NCBI GenBank assembly: GCA_050273025.1
Contig: CP158635.1
Location: 5,518,001-5,582,000, forward strand
Length of the DNA stretch: 64,000 bases
Reading direction: 5' to 3'
Origin: Cenococcum geophilum
Lineage: Eukaryota
Positions within the stretch are counted from its first letter, which is position 1, and the number at the start of each line of letters is the position of its first letter. The position numbers were made by a program, and so were the translations under genes. The notes below the pieces were generated by a model. That model did no database searches. It was given only the letters and a program-made list of their open reading frames with translations, and had not been told where the DNA came from. Below, piece by piece: positions 25,401 to 38,400 of this stretch.

Positions 25401-28400
25401 AACAAGCCTAACGGACCAGTACGCCTTAACTAGAATAGCTTTTATTAATATAGCTATAGCCGTAGCATACTGCTAGAATTCCTTGCTAATAAAGTTCCTA
25501 CTAGCGTCGTAGGTAATATACTGCGGAGGTCCAACGTATATATCGATCTAGCAGGTCCGTAAAATATCCTAAGTGTATTTTATAGATATATTTTGCAACT
25601 AACGGGCGGCTTAATAGCGGGTTGCCTTATTAATTATATATAATACTAGACTGCCGTTAATATATATAATGTCTATATATACTAAGTGGTTAAAGTTAAG
25701 GTCCTTATAAAGGGTAAACTTAAATCAGCCTAGGGAACGTCCGTATTTCTAGTAGAAGGAGCAGTATTTAGTTAGGTGGTTAATTGCCTTCCTATTAACG
25801 TCGTCATATCCAGAGCATTCAAGGACTCTATATAGCTTTTCGGCTAATAGGTGGCCGAAACGGCGGTATAGGCGGTAGATCTCCGTACTAGTAAGGTAGC
25901 ACGGGTTATAGTTAAAAGATTCCTAAATATAGGTCTATAAAGTCTCTCCCTATATAAGGAACGGGTGTCTAAATCGTCGTGTAATTGGTAGGGTAATATA
26001 CTTACTTCCTAGGGTAGTTATAGGGCCAATTAGGGTGTCCATAACATTATTATAGTACACCTATAACCTATCCATATCTACAAGATAGAGTAGGAAGAAA
26101 GTATCCGCTTTTACTACGTGGAAGTTAACTAGGCTAATTAGAGTCTTAACTTTAACTAATCCAATTAATGCGGTTAAGCCGATGCTAAATTAGATATTTA
26201 CGGCCCCAGTTTACGTAATATCAATGTCCGTATTATTATTTGTAGTAGTCCTATATACGAGGTATTGTCCATAGCCTACGGTAGACTTCTTAGAGGCACT
26301 TATGTCGATTATAATACCGTAGAATTCCTTAGGGGTATAGCGTTCTATAGTAATATATGCAAATAGGTCCTGCTTATAATTTATAATATCTATAACGGGG
26401 GTACTTACGGAATGGTTTTTGGGCGTAACTAAGTGTATAAAGGAACGGTTAGCTAATACGGTTATAATATTAAAGGCTTAGCTGTCTGTAAAAGGTCCAA
26501 AAGTAGTTAGGAATATCTCTAAGGTCTCTTATTTCTAAGCGTCTAAGTTAAAGTTAATTATAAGGGCTTCTATTAACTTATTAGGGGTCTCTTCTACTTT
26601 CTCTCCTTTATATTCCAAAATAAACTAGTTAATACGGCTATTAAGTCTCTTTCTAAACTTATTATGTTCTTCCCGGGTATACCTTATAGACCAACATCCT
26701 TCCTTACCGCACACGAAGCACTTCTGGCTGGTTTATCTACAGGGGTATGTTTTTATACAGGGGTTGCTATAGGGGTTATAGGTAGGACTTGGTCGGTATA
26801 GGTGCTGCTAGTAGTAGCGGCGGTCCGTAAAGTAGACGTCTAAGTCTATTTACGGATATTAAATATCCGCAATAAAGGCTTAAGTGCTGCTTAGTGGGTT
26901 TAAGACTTTATACATTATAATAGAGGAGTGTAGGTTATTAATAAGGCCAGCTAAGGTATCTACAGGCTTGTAGTAGGCGTACTTATAGGGCTCTACTTCC
27001 TAGCAGGCTGTAATAAGTTTATTATATAGGAAGTCGTCTGTTCGAAGCTTGGTGTTAAGGCCATACTATAGGTGCCGAAGGTCTTTAATGAGAATTTATA
27101 GGCACTCTATAGTCGATTTTTTAGTATTCTTATTAATTACGGTCTATAGCTTGGTTGCATTCCATTGGGTAAGAATATCACGCTTATATTCCGGTCCTTT
27201 AAAGTAGTTACGCGTAGCTTTATATAGCTTATTAAAGGGTACACTAAGGGGGTTGCTCTTAAGGTTAGTGTAGTAGTAGTTAAGTGCTAGGCCGCGTAGT
27301 ATAGTGGAGTAGGCTTAGCTGAATTCCTGTTTAGGAATATTAGCCTTTTAATAGAGGTCCATAAAGATAGTAAGTTTAAAGTTAAAGTTATTGTTTTTAC
27401 TGCTATACTTAGATTCGTCGGTATAGAGCTTGGCTAGGTTAGCTAGCTCCTTACTATAGGTCTTTACTTAAGTAGGTTGCGGATCTATGATTTATAAATC
27501 TATGGCTTGCGGATATATGGCTTGCGGATCTATAACTTAAATAATAGGGGTAATTTAGTCCGTATTTTGGTTTATAGGGGTATTATAGTCCGTAATTTAG
27601 GTTACGGGGGTATTATGGTCCGTAACTTAAGTATTAGGTGTACTTTAGCTAGTAAGATTAATTCTAATGTTACTTAGGTTTATGGAACGAATTTAGTTAA
27701 ATAGGTCAGCTATAAGGCCAGAGATTCTATTAAGTTTAAAGGAGGCAAAGAGGTCGCTGGTTTTAATGTAATCTAAGATCTGCTCTTTAGTCTATTCTGT
27801 TTGGTTCTCTTTATATAGTATGTTATATAGAGACCGTATAATAGTGACTTGTTTGTCCCTTTTAACCTATACGCCTTAGTGACGTAAAAGGGTTTATAGG
27901 TTATAGATGGCAGTAGGGTTATAAGCCTTAAAAATAGCTTCCATAAAGTCCGCAAAGTCTTCCTTATATTGCTCCTATAGGTCGTTATTTATAAGCTTAA
28001 AGTGTTTATATTTAAGGATTTTAAAGCTAATATAGTTGTTAATATTGTTTATAGACGTAACATCAACGCCTTATCTCTACTTCTTTTAACCTTTACTAAC
28101 TTGCTTGCTAATATCTGCCATACTATAGTGTAGTATGGTGCGTAGCGGGTGGTAGTAGCTTATAACGGGTGGGGGAGGTCTTATAACGGTCCGTAAAATC
28201 GATTAATGGGTCCATAATAGTTTATAGGAGGGTAAAGGGTTTCCATAAAAGGTCTAAAGAGGTTTAAGGTTTAAGGGGGTTAAGGATAGGGGTTCCGTAT
28301 AGGTCTATATTTACATCTATAACTTCTAGTAAACTATACTAAGACTTAAATAAGTATATAGAGTTAGAGATAAGTCCGTAATCCCCGACTTCCGACCTTC

Positions 28401-28769
28401 TAGTAGGTCGTACTAGGAGTCTAAACGGGTGGTTGCTGTCGTGTGTATTGCTTAGGGGGAGGTATTAAGTGATTGCTGATCTATGCGCGCTCACTGATTA
28501 GTGTTTATACTAACTTAATAGCACGAGTGAGTTGTATCCACGGGTACGAAATACATGTAGTATCGTATGCTTATTTAGATGGTAACTGTTAATTGTATAA
28601 AGCAGACTACGTGGTCTATATACTGATGTACCTCCCCCCTAATTAGTCAGTGCTTTATAAGTGCACTAAACGCGTAAGCGAGTGGTTGGTGCACTGAACG
28701 CGTAAACGCGTACCTGGTGTACCGAACGCGTAAGCACGCGTTTGGTACAACAGGTGCTGTAATTATACA
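22407..28769 (-). mobile_element. Full-length Ty1/Copia retrotransposon, GalEa type (6363 bp), nested in hAT-C
   Basis: 268-bp LTRs at 22407..22674 and 28502..28769; TSD ATATC (22402-22406, 28770-28774). Order gag-PR-IN-RT-RH on the - strand. RT reads RL*IDNTLFL (RIP'd GLQTDDTLFL); RNase H LLVFTDAFFTNNKD and EKRLIVDLMCL..EVKWI..NLADAITK; CTAATCAGTG follows the 5' LTR. Confidence 0.95.
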
Positions 28770-29450
28770 ATATCTAATAAGGAGTTCTCTAAACGTATTA
28801 GAAATGCTTAGAATATCTTTAATAGGTATTACTATAAAACAGATAACTTGCCCCTTTATGCCACTGCGCTTATTCTTTATCTAGCCCGTTATATAAGATA
28901 TATTAAGTAGATTTAAAAGAAGGAGTAGTATAAGCCTACACTTAATAGCATTAAAAAGCTTTAGGAAAGATATTGGAATAGGAGTTCTACGCCTAAAAGT
29001 ATATTATTATATAAAAAGCTAGCTCTAGCTTAAGACCTTAATAAGTTTAATAAGATTGCCGAGGATTTTAATAGTATAATATTTTGACTAAAAAGTTAGA
29101 ATAAGTATAAAGACTTTATCTTTAAGACGCTATATAAGATTTTAATAACCGCGCTTTAATAGTGGTCTTAAAAATAGCAGCGAAAGCGCTAGCTATGGCT
29201 CTTACTTATAGCAATTAAAATTCTCTTAATTCTAGCAATAAGCGATAAGCTAGAAAGAGTTTTTTTAGGAGGACGTTATATGGTATTGTAGGAGAGAATA
29301 TAAATAGATCCTAAAACCCTTAAGAAAACAAAGTGTTTAAAGAATTAGCATTAGAGAAGAACTATAAAAGGGATAAGGGATTTTTCTTTAAGTATTCAGC
29401 TATTATATAGTTAGGGGGAGAGGTATATAGGACCTGTTCCTACTATAATA

Positions 29451-29508
29451 TCCGCAATATCCGTAATATTCGCAATATTCGCAATATCTGCAATATTTAC
29501 AATATCCG
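29451..29508 (+). repeat. 9-bp subterminal tandem repeat (tccgcaata-like) in hAT-C
   Basis: About six units: tccgcaata, tccgtaata, ttcgcaata, ttcgcaata, tctgcaata, tttacaata. Confidence 0.75.
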
Positions 29509-30561
29509 CCAAATTCTACTAAATTCTACTTGGTTAGGGTAGAAAAGCCCCACATAGGGCACTTTTATCCTTATTAATTGTGATATTTTATGCATTTTCT
29601 ATTGGATAAAGGATATTTTATGCTCGCTTATTCGCATAATCCAAAACCACCCTGACTAATCTAGTGATTAGGATCCTTGCGAGCAGCTGTAACATCATCA
29701 AACTTACGCGAATCGTGATCGCTGAGTGTTGAGCCAGTAGTGGCTTATTCCTCTTTGTGGGCTCTCTTTTGGGTGGTGGGTGGTATAGAGGAGTTAGCTA
29801 AGGGAGGCATAGCTTAAAGCGTGGGTAGTAAAGGTAAGGTAGATTGGTGGTGGATAAAAAGGTAAGGGAGCTATACGCGGTATCCACGACGCGTTATGTA
29901 CACCTATTCTTCTGCAGGCCCGCACAGACGTATATTGTATGTATTTTAATTGATTTGGAGCTATGCACGGATATGTAGATTATTACTGGCGATGCATGCG
30001 CTAACCTAGTACTTAACACCATGGCTCTCTTACCACTACCACCTGTTCTTACCACGGGTGATTATATTGTTGTATCTACGTAACAAAATTACTAGGTGCG
30101 ATTATGATTTGATTGGTAATGTTACTATGTAATCGAACATAACCGTAACTAACTAACTGATTATTGCCATGTCTGGATTAAGTGCAGGAGAGTGCATCAG
30201 ACAACCTGCGGGAACCGTCTTGTATTCAGCCTCCATACACGGGGAATCATCTCCAGCTTTTCTTTTTAGAAATGTTGCCGCGGAAACTTGCACATGCTTC
30301 GTAATCCATCGACAAGCGGCCTCAGTCTAAGAGAACCGAATGAAATCGCAGGTGAACTGTGGAGCAAAAAACTCTGCACCTCTGCAACCTAGTTCTATGA
30401 GGTGTGGACTTAGAGAAAGCCATTCCAGAGTAGGAAGGAATCACTATAGAGATCCGAGATCGGAGTGAATGGTTCTCCTGGTCAAACTAGGAGTGCCAAC
30501 CTCTCGAGGCTAGCATTCCCAGCATGCCATTTTCATTCTCTCGAACTGCTTCGCTATCGCG

Positions 30562-31775
30562 TCAATTTTCTTCGATCCATCTCCGCACTTCAGCGGCGAC
30601 CTGGTCGCTATTCTTCTCCATGAACACAAGATGACCGTTCCCATGGATCCCAATCTTCCCTAGGTCCAAATGATCCGTCTTCACCCCTGCCTGCTGCAGA
30701 TATTTCACAAAGCACCAATCATACATGGAATGGTAGGAAGCCTCAGTCGTTAGCACCAGCACTGGAATTTCCTTTAAGTTAATTAATTGACGTGGCGGTG
30801 GAGAGTCTGCCTGAAGAATGCAGGTTGAGGCATTCGGGGAATTAGAAAGTATGACAGTCTTCACCAAGCCAATGACAGGGTCTACAACTTGGGAATCATA
30901 TGTGAGCGGAATGTCCGTCAAGCCATATTTCCTCGTCGACATATTGGAGAACACAGCTTCCTGAAACGGAGGCCCCTTGGGCTCCAGTGCCACAATGGCG
31001 CGAACAAGCTGAGGCCGCACATCTGCTATAAGCCATGGCATCATTCCACCTTGCGAGTGCGCAAGCAGAATTGTAGGACAACCGATACGGTCCAGCAAAG
31101 CTGCCCCAGCAGCCTGTACTGCTAATTGCTCGTAGCCTTCGTCTTTAATAAATTGGATGTTGGAGGCGTAGTAGGCGTCGAAGATCTCATCGCCCATTAG
31201 GCCCTCGCCGGGCCATTGTGTGTGTAGCGCAGCTTGCGGCCAGAGACCGTATTTCTTCGGGGCTGTGAAGCGCTGCTGGATCATCTCGGCACTGTAAGTT
31301 GCCATTGAACCATTACCCGGAAACCACGCGCTACGTGCTCGAAACGCTTGGTCGATGATGAAGCATTCGTAACCGTGCGAGATAAAATATGATGCCCAGC
31401 CCAAGTTTCCGTCTGGTTTGTTTAGCCAGTTCTGTGCACATATTAGGAAGGTGATAACTTGTGCATGGCGTGTGTTGTTGAGTGCGTAAAGGGTGAGACG
31501 CATACTGTACCACTTTGAGCCTGACCATGAATGAAAACAATAGGGTGGGGCTTCGTGGGGCCGTTAAGAGGCGTCAACTGCTCTACGTAAACCTGGTCTT
31601 TGAAAATGTGGTTTCCCGTACCGTCGTCTGCATAGTGTCCACCGGCATAGAAATATTTGCGCGTGTGTGGTGCGTTCTTCCAACTGGACCCAAGGGCAGT
31701 CATATCGCATGCTCCGTAAGCCATAAGCAATAACGGTAAAGTGTGGAGGAATGTTGACGTTAGGGGAGGAAACAT
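30562..31775 (-). CDS. Alpha/beta-hydrolase fold protein (esterase/lipase-like, possibly secreted), 2 exons: 31775..31506 and 31431..30562, 379 aa
   Basis: Joining ORFs 31443..31775 and 30562..31503 across a 74-bp GTATGC...CTAAT...CAG intron (31432..31505) gives [21 protein letters not shown], nucleophile [15 protein letters not shown] and [16 protein letters not shown]. Hydrophobic N-terminus; no RIP signature. Confidence 0.92.
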
Positions 31776-32460
31776 TTGGTAATCGTGCCCCTCCAGTAAA
31801 CCTATGGGCTGGCTTCCTCTTAGTAATGAATTCTTTAGACGTGGTAATTGATAGACAGGAAAATATCATTTCGGCTAAGCACATGCCGCTTCGTACCGGT
31901 ACACGGCTCGTTCCGGATTATTTCTGCCTCATTCCGGGACAAAACCGTCCTTATTTAGGTGCAAGTTGTGTATCGCTTTAAGAGATTATATATGCCCTAT
32001 TCTAAAATATATTTTATACACAGGCCTTTAAATTTAATTGCTAGCACTATTGTATAACGGGACTACCCCAGTTATAGTAAGATCGTCTTAGTAAAACACC
32101 CGACACGATTTAACTACAGGATTTTCGTATTATTCCTCTCTATTCTTCACGCAATGTCTTATTCTCTACAAGAGCTATAATTCTAGACTAGATAGAATTT
32201 ATACAATTCCTTCGAATCTACCCCAAAGCCTCTTCGTACCCTAATATATTGTTACTAACCTAATAATTAAAATGCCAGGACTACTAAGAGAGGAGTTCGC
32301 GGATACTAGTTAGCTAGAAAAGGCACGGGCTATAATAGAATCCGTAGAACTATACAACTAGTAAAAAAAATATATAAAAGGATATATTTTATATATAATA
32401 GGATTATTATATTTAAAGACCTATATTTACTACTTAAATAGCTTCTCTTTTTATAGTAAA

Positions 32461-35400
32461 TGTTACGGACGCTTTAAGTACAATGTTATAACTACTTGGA
32501 GAAGAGTCAAAAGAAGCTAGTTGGTTAATATAAGTATGGTATAAGATAGAACCCGTGGAACTATATAACGAAGGATAGTAAGCAAGTTATATAATGTGCT
32601 ACGTATTAAATAAGAGGAACGAGAGGAACTTACGTACCTTATATATAACACGTATATTATATATAAGAAGGATTTTATAAAAGTACGGTTGTGTATTTAA
32701 GGACCTTTAGTCCCTACCTAGATCCTTCCTTGTAGTAATTCTTAGAATATAATTAAAGTTAATCTATTAAGCAACCACTCTACTAGTTATTATTACGTTA
32801 TTAACTTACTTATAATACCTATACACCTAGCCTATTAACAGGACCTACTGTAGTACCTACTATAAGGTTCCGTTACACAATTACTACTTAATTACGGTTT
32901 TAATAAATCGAATAATATACTACTAAAAGCAGCTACTATAACGCCATTAACGGCGGCAACTACTTTAAGGTTAGGAGGTAATACTAGTATAGCAAATACT
33001 AACTTATAACAACCTATAATAGTTAAACAACTATAAGAGATAGTTAACTAGTTAATAGAGAATAATGCGACGCTTAAATAAAGGATTAACGGGATAGGGG
33101 TAGTAAAGATTAAGTTACCTTTAATTAAGAGATTCTTAGGGGAGAGATTAAAGCTTAAAGAATTTCTTATATAAATACACTTTAAGGTTATATAAGAAGG
33201 AGTAAAACTGCTAATACCTATGGATCGAATAGTATATATAGGGCTATTCCTATCAGAAAGGGCACTTAAGTAGTTTAAATCTTACCTTATAGAAATATAA
33301 GTGAATGGAATAATAACCACTAACTAAGAGGTGCGGTTTATGTTCTTAAGTTAGGAGGGATTTATAGAGCGACTTATATAAATATTTGGAGACCTAGAGG
33401 TAGTAACTATAGTAGAAAGAAAACTCTAAAATATTACGTAACGAACCTTAGCAATTAAGTATATAACATAGTTTTAAACGCTAGCTATATAAGTTAAGTA
33501 GAATAATAAGGCGCTTATAGTATAGTATAAATAGGGACTTAAGGCTAAAGTCTAGGACGTAATTATTCTAATAGAAGATACGGATACCCTAAGAGATTTA
33601 ATAGATTAAGCGATTAAGATTAATAATTGGATTTACTAAAGGGAATAGGCTAAGAGAGGTTAGGATAGAGTTTTATAGTTGTATAAAATGCAGAGCACGC
33701 AACAACTAAAGCTAAGTTAAAAACTATGGTATGGCGTAGAGCTAATAGACCTAAATAGTACTAAAAAAACCTATAAGAGATAGAGTAAGAAACTATAGAA
33801 ACTTAGAGGTTAAGGATCTAGTAATTATAGGACTAAGGAGTAAAGGCTAAACTAGGGATCTTAGTAGTAGAAGATGTTTAGGCGGACTCTATAACAAAGT
33901 TAGTAGTTTAAAAACAGAGCTTATATAAATTATAGGAAATAAGGTTATTTTTAAGGGATTATAAAGATAGTTAGAGTTACTATATAATAAAGGGAACCAG
34001 ATTAGTAAAAGATATACACAAATAGAGGGTTAATAGTGTACTGCGAGGAATAAAAGAATGTTTAATTAGAAGTTTCGCGTTTTATTAAAATAATGCATGC
34101 CGAATTTATAAGGACGCTAAGTATAGCGTAAGCTATTAGCCATAAGAGCTAGAGTTAAAGGGACTTAGAGGAACTAAAGAGTTAGATAAAGAATAAAATT
34201 AACTCTATAAGCTAGATTAAGATATTATAGTAATATACGGATAATAATTAGTAATAATAATAATGGAGTCGGAGTACTTATTAATTAATAGTAATAAGAA
34301 AGAAAAAGGAACTAACTAGGGGTATCTAAACCTTAATAATATAATAGAAGTAGAAACTAAAACCACTACCAAACGGGGCTTAGTAACGGGTATTATAACA
34401 CCATTAGATACAGCATCCATCGCTTTATAAGATAAAAGGAGTAATATTTAAAAGGGATTAAGCAAGCAGATAACTATTAGTGCTAGCTTATTACTTAATA
34501 AAGGCAAAAGGCTAAAGGCTTAAGATTCTTAAGACGAGATAAGAGAGATCTAAAATTCTAAAAATAGGATAAGAATAGCTTAAGGACCCATAACGGATAA
34601 AAACCAATAGAGTAGAGTAGTAGCTTAGTTTAAAGACATACGAATAAGCTTAGGAGAAGAATTCCTAATAACACAAGATTTTTAAGATAAGATAAGTAAG
34701 ATTTAAGACTTTTAAAATAAGATAAGAACACTATAAACGCCTAGTAGGACTAAGGTGGGAGCTAAGCTTAAGTTAAAAGCAAGCTTAGGATTAAGGATCT
34801 TATAGAACTAAGATTTTAATATATAAATAAAAACTATTAACAAGATTAAAAAGTAAGAAGACTTTAAGGATCCACTTATAAAACGCGAAAAAAAAGAAAC
34901 TATAAAGAAATTTAGAGCTAGAATTACATTATGGCAAGAGCAGAAACTAGATAAGAAATTTAGTATACTAGGTTGTATAAGGGATAGAGCACCTATATAA
35001 AGAATTACTAATAGACCTAGAATAGGCATACCGAGAGCTAAGTGGTTTACTAAATTAGAAGAAGAAGAGGATCTAGGGATTTTAACTAGGTTTAAGGAAT
35101 GATATATAAAAGGCTGTTACGATATAGTAATAAAGAGATACTTTCTTATAGATAAGCCGTATACACTCTAAAGGTTATACTAAAGATAGTATAAACAACA
35201 ACACAATAATAAGTGGGAAGATTTCTATATATAGTTAGATGAAAAAGTTATCTAAAACCACCCGATTATAGAGAAGGCTATAACTTATATTAAAGAATCT
35301 AGAGGAGTAATTAGAGGACTAGAGAAGCGAGAGGTAAATTATAGTACCTGCGAATAAAGTTGTAACGCTTAAATTAATACAATAGAGGTTTAAACTTAAG

Positions 35401-38400
35401 GATAAAGACGAGCTAAGAGTTAACCTAAGACACTAAGTATATTACACGTTAGCGTGGATCGCATATATAGATAATATATATAATATGTATAGAGCACCTA
35501 AAGATAAGCACCAGAAATACTTAGTAAGGATATATTAGGCACCGGATAAAGTAAAGTATTAAAACGCTAAGTATATGCATAGTTGGCACCTAGTAGAAGT
35601 TTAAGGATAAGGGGGCTTAACACTTTAATTAGGAAAATTCCTTACAGAAGAATGCCTAGATGGATAATAGTGGTAGGAATGTCCTAAGAATACGTGTCTA
35701 TAGTATATTAAAGACAAAAAGCAAACTAAATATTGGCTTAAGTTAAACTAAGTATAAACAGGATCTAGCAGCTAATAGTTAGGAAAAGTAGAGGCCTATA
35801 GGACTAGAAGGAGCTAATAGTAGAGCCTTAGACCCTTAAAGGAATTTAAAAATAATACCTAAATTTAAGAATTAAGTGGCAAGATTAGCAGTTTAAAGTA
35901 TTAGTAGATAGTGGAGTAATAAGGAACTATATCTTACTAGTAGCAGTTAAAAGAATAGGGTTACTATATAGGAAAAAGGAGTATCCTTACCTATTAGTGA
36001 TAATTTTAGGAGATCCGATAGCCTATAAAGGAGGCATTATTAATCTTAAAACAGGACCTATTTAGCTAACCATTAAAGGAAAATAAGTTAAGATATCTTT
36101 TAATATATTACTATTAGGAAATAATAAGGCAGTATTAGGAATGCCTTAGTTATAAAAATATAATCTAAAGATTAATTAGATTATAGGTTAGGTTAATATT
36201 AGAGATACTTAACGCCGTAAAATATAATAATAAACTAAGTTAGTATAGTACTAAGTGGGAGCGACCTATAAAGAAATAGAGAAAGGGCTAAGCTATATAC
36301 TAAAGAGATACTATAAATATAGTAAAAAGTTATAGTTACTAGAAAGTGAAAAGTTATTAAAATACGTAGTATAAAACTATAAGATAGAGTTAAAAGTAGG
36401 AATAAGTCTAAGGTTCTTTCTAACCTATAAGCTTACTAAAGAGGAAGGTAGAGCATTAAAAGAGTTTATCTAGGAAAATCTATAAAAGGGATATATTAGA
36501 CTATTATAATTATTAGCGGGTTATCTAGTACTATTTGTACTAAAGAAAAACGGTAAGCTAAGGCTATATATCGACTATAGACAGTTAAACAGTATTACTA
36601 GAAAGGATAGGTATCCTTTACCCTTAATTAGCGAAATTTAAGATAGGATAGGTAATGTATAAATCTTTATAAAGATAGATCTAAGATAGGTATACCATTA
36701 AATTAGAATTAAGAAAGGCAACGAATAGAAAGCAGTCTTTAGGTTAAAAGAAGGACTATATAAACTATTAGTTATGCAATTTAGGCTTATAAATGCACTA
36801 GTAACGTTCTAGAAGCAAATTAATAATATATTAGGAGAATACTTAGATAAATTTGTTATAGTATACCTTAACGATATTATTATCTACTTAATAACTAAGG
36901 AAGAATATAGAGAATACGTTAAATAGATCTTAAAGAGACTATAAAAAGAATATATGCTAGTAGCAATTAAGAAATGCAAGTTCTTTACTAAGAAGACCGA
37001 TTTTATTAGATTTATTATTAAACTAGGTAAATTAAGTATAGACCTAAAGAAAATTAAAGCTATAGTTAATTGGTAAGAACTAGAGAATATTATATAGTTA
37101 AGATTGTTCCTAGGGTTTTGCAATTACTATAGGAGGTTTATAGCATAATGGTTAAAGAATATTAAGCCGTTTACTTAATTAATGAAGAAAGAGGAACTAT
37201 AGATATAGGGAGATAAATAAAAAAAGTTATTTATAGAACTTAAAGAGTTGTTTACCTAGGAACCAATCCTTAAAATCTATTAACTAGGACTAGAGACGGT
37301 TGTAGAAATAAATATATTAGACTTTATACTAGGAGTATACTTTATATAGAAATATAAAAATGGATGGCATTTAGTAGTATATTATAGTTAGAAGATAACA
37401 CTACCAGAGTTAAACTATAATATTTATAATAAGGAGTTATTAGGTATAGTTACAGTACTAAAGAAATAGAGAGCATTCTTGTAAGGTATAAAAAAAACTA
37501 TTTATAGTTAAGATAGATTATAAAAACCTAATAGGATTCCTAATAATAAAGGAGCTTAACTAAAGATAGGTTAGATAGGCAGAAACACTTATAGATTACT
37601 ATTTTAAGATTTAGTATACTAAGGGTACAAATAATACGCGAGTAGACGCTTTAAGTAGAAAAGCTAAACTATAGAATAACGAAAAGCTATTAGGGGCTTT
37701 ACTGCAAAAAGATATAGATAGGTTAATTAGGTACAATTATCTAAAAATCGCAGCTACTTAGGAAAATAAATTAGAGAAAGTCTACAAAATACTAGAAAGC
37801 TTTTAGGTATAAAGAATTCTAAAAGTATAACTAAAAGATCTATAGATGGATATATACGAAAACTAAGAAGTGAAGTATATTCTAAGAAGTATAGTAGAAT
37901 ACTTTATAGAGGAGTTCTATAAAGGGGTAACTTAAGGACATAACGGAGCTATAGGCTTAGTATTGAGACTCTAAAAGGAGTATATTATTAATGGAATCTA
38001 AAGGATAGCTAGGAAGGTTACTAAAGAATATTTAGATTACTAAAGAAATAAACTAATAAGGCATAAGCTATATGGAGGGCTATAACCTATTAAAATACTA
38101 GAGAGACTATGGGAGGTTATATTATAGAACTTTATTATTAAGTTACTAAAGTTAAAAGATCTTATTACTGGATAAGATTATAACGCGATCTTAGTAATAG
38201 TAGATAAGCTTACGAAGTGGGGATACTTCATAGCATGTATAGAAGAAATATTAGTATAAAATATCGCTAGAATCTATATTAAAGAAGTATTTATAAAATA
38301 TAAAGTATTAAGTAAGATTATATTAGATAGAGATCTAAGATTTATAGTAGCATTTTAGGAGGTATTCTTAGCGGAATAAGGAGTTAGAGCAGCAACTTCT

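Larger units (their letters stand above)
20776..29654 (+). mobile_element. hAT DNA transposon (hAT-C, ~2.51 kb without insert) nested in hAT-A
   Basis: TIRs TAGGGTGGTTTTGGAT / ATCCAAAACCACCCTG; 8-bp TSD ACTAATCT (20768-20775, 29655-29662). RIP'd transposase on + from ~20950 to ~29360, with hATC-like AIKILLILAISDKLERVFLG at ~29210-29270. Confidence 0.92.
12841..30175 (-). mobile_element. hAT DNA transposon (hAT-A, ~2.98 kb without inserts) hosting hAT-B and hAT-C
   Basis: TIRs TAGATATGGTAATAA / TTATTGCCATGTCTG (CAGACATGGCAATAA) with perfect 8-bp TSD GATTAAGT (12833-12840, 30176-30183). Transposase starts ATG at 29810 and reads in one frame across both insertion sites (BED-finger-like LFYYKRY...F*HFKNTY). 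hATC-like AINILSILVMLAKAK*VFLG near 13290-13350. Confidence 0.93.

Noticed and set aside
30889..31981. Several short overlapping ORFs around the hydrolase
   Set aside because: Alternative-frame or antisense shadows of the two-exon gene and its upstream region.
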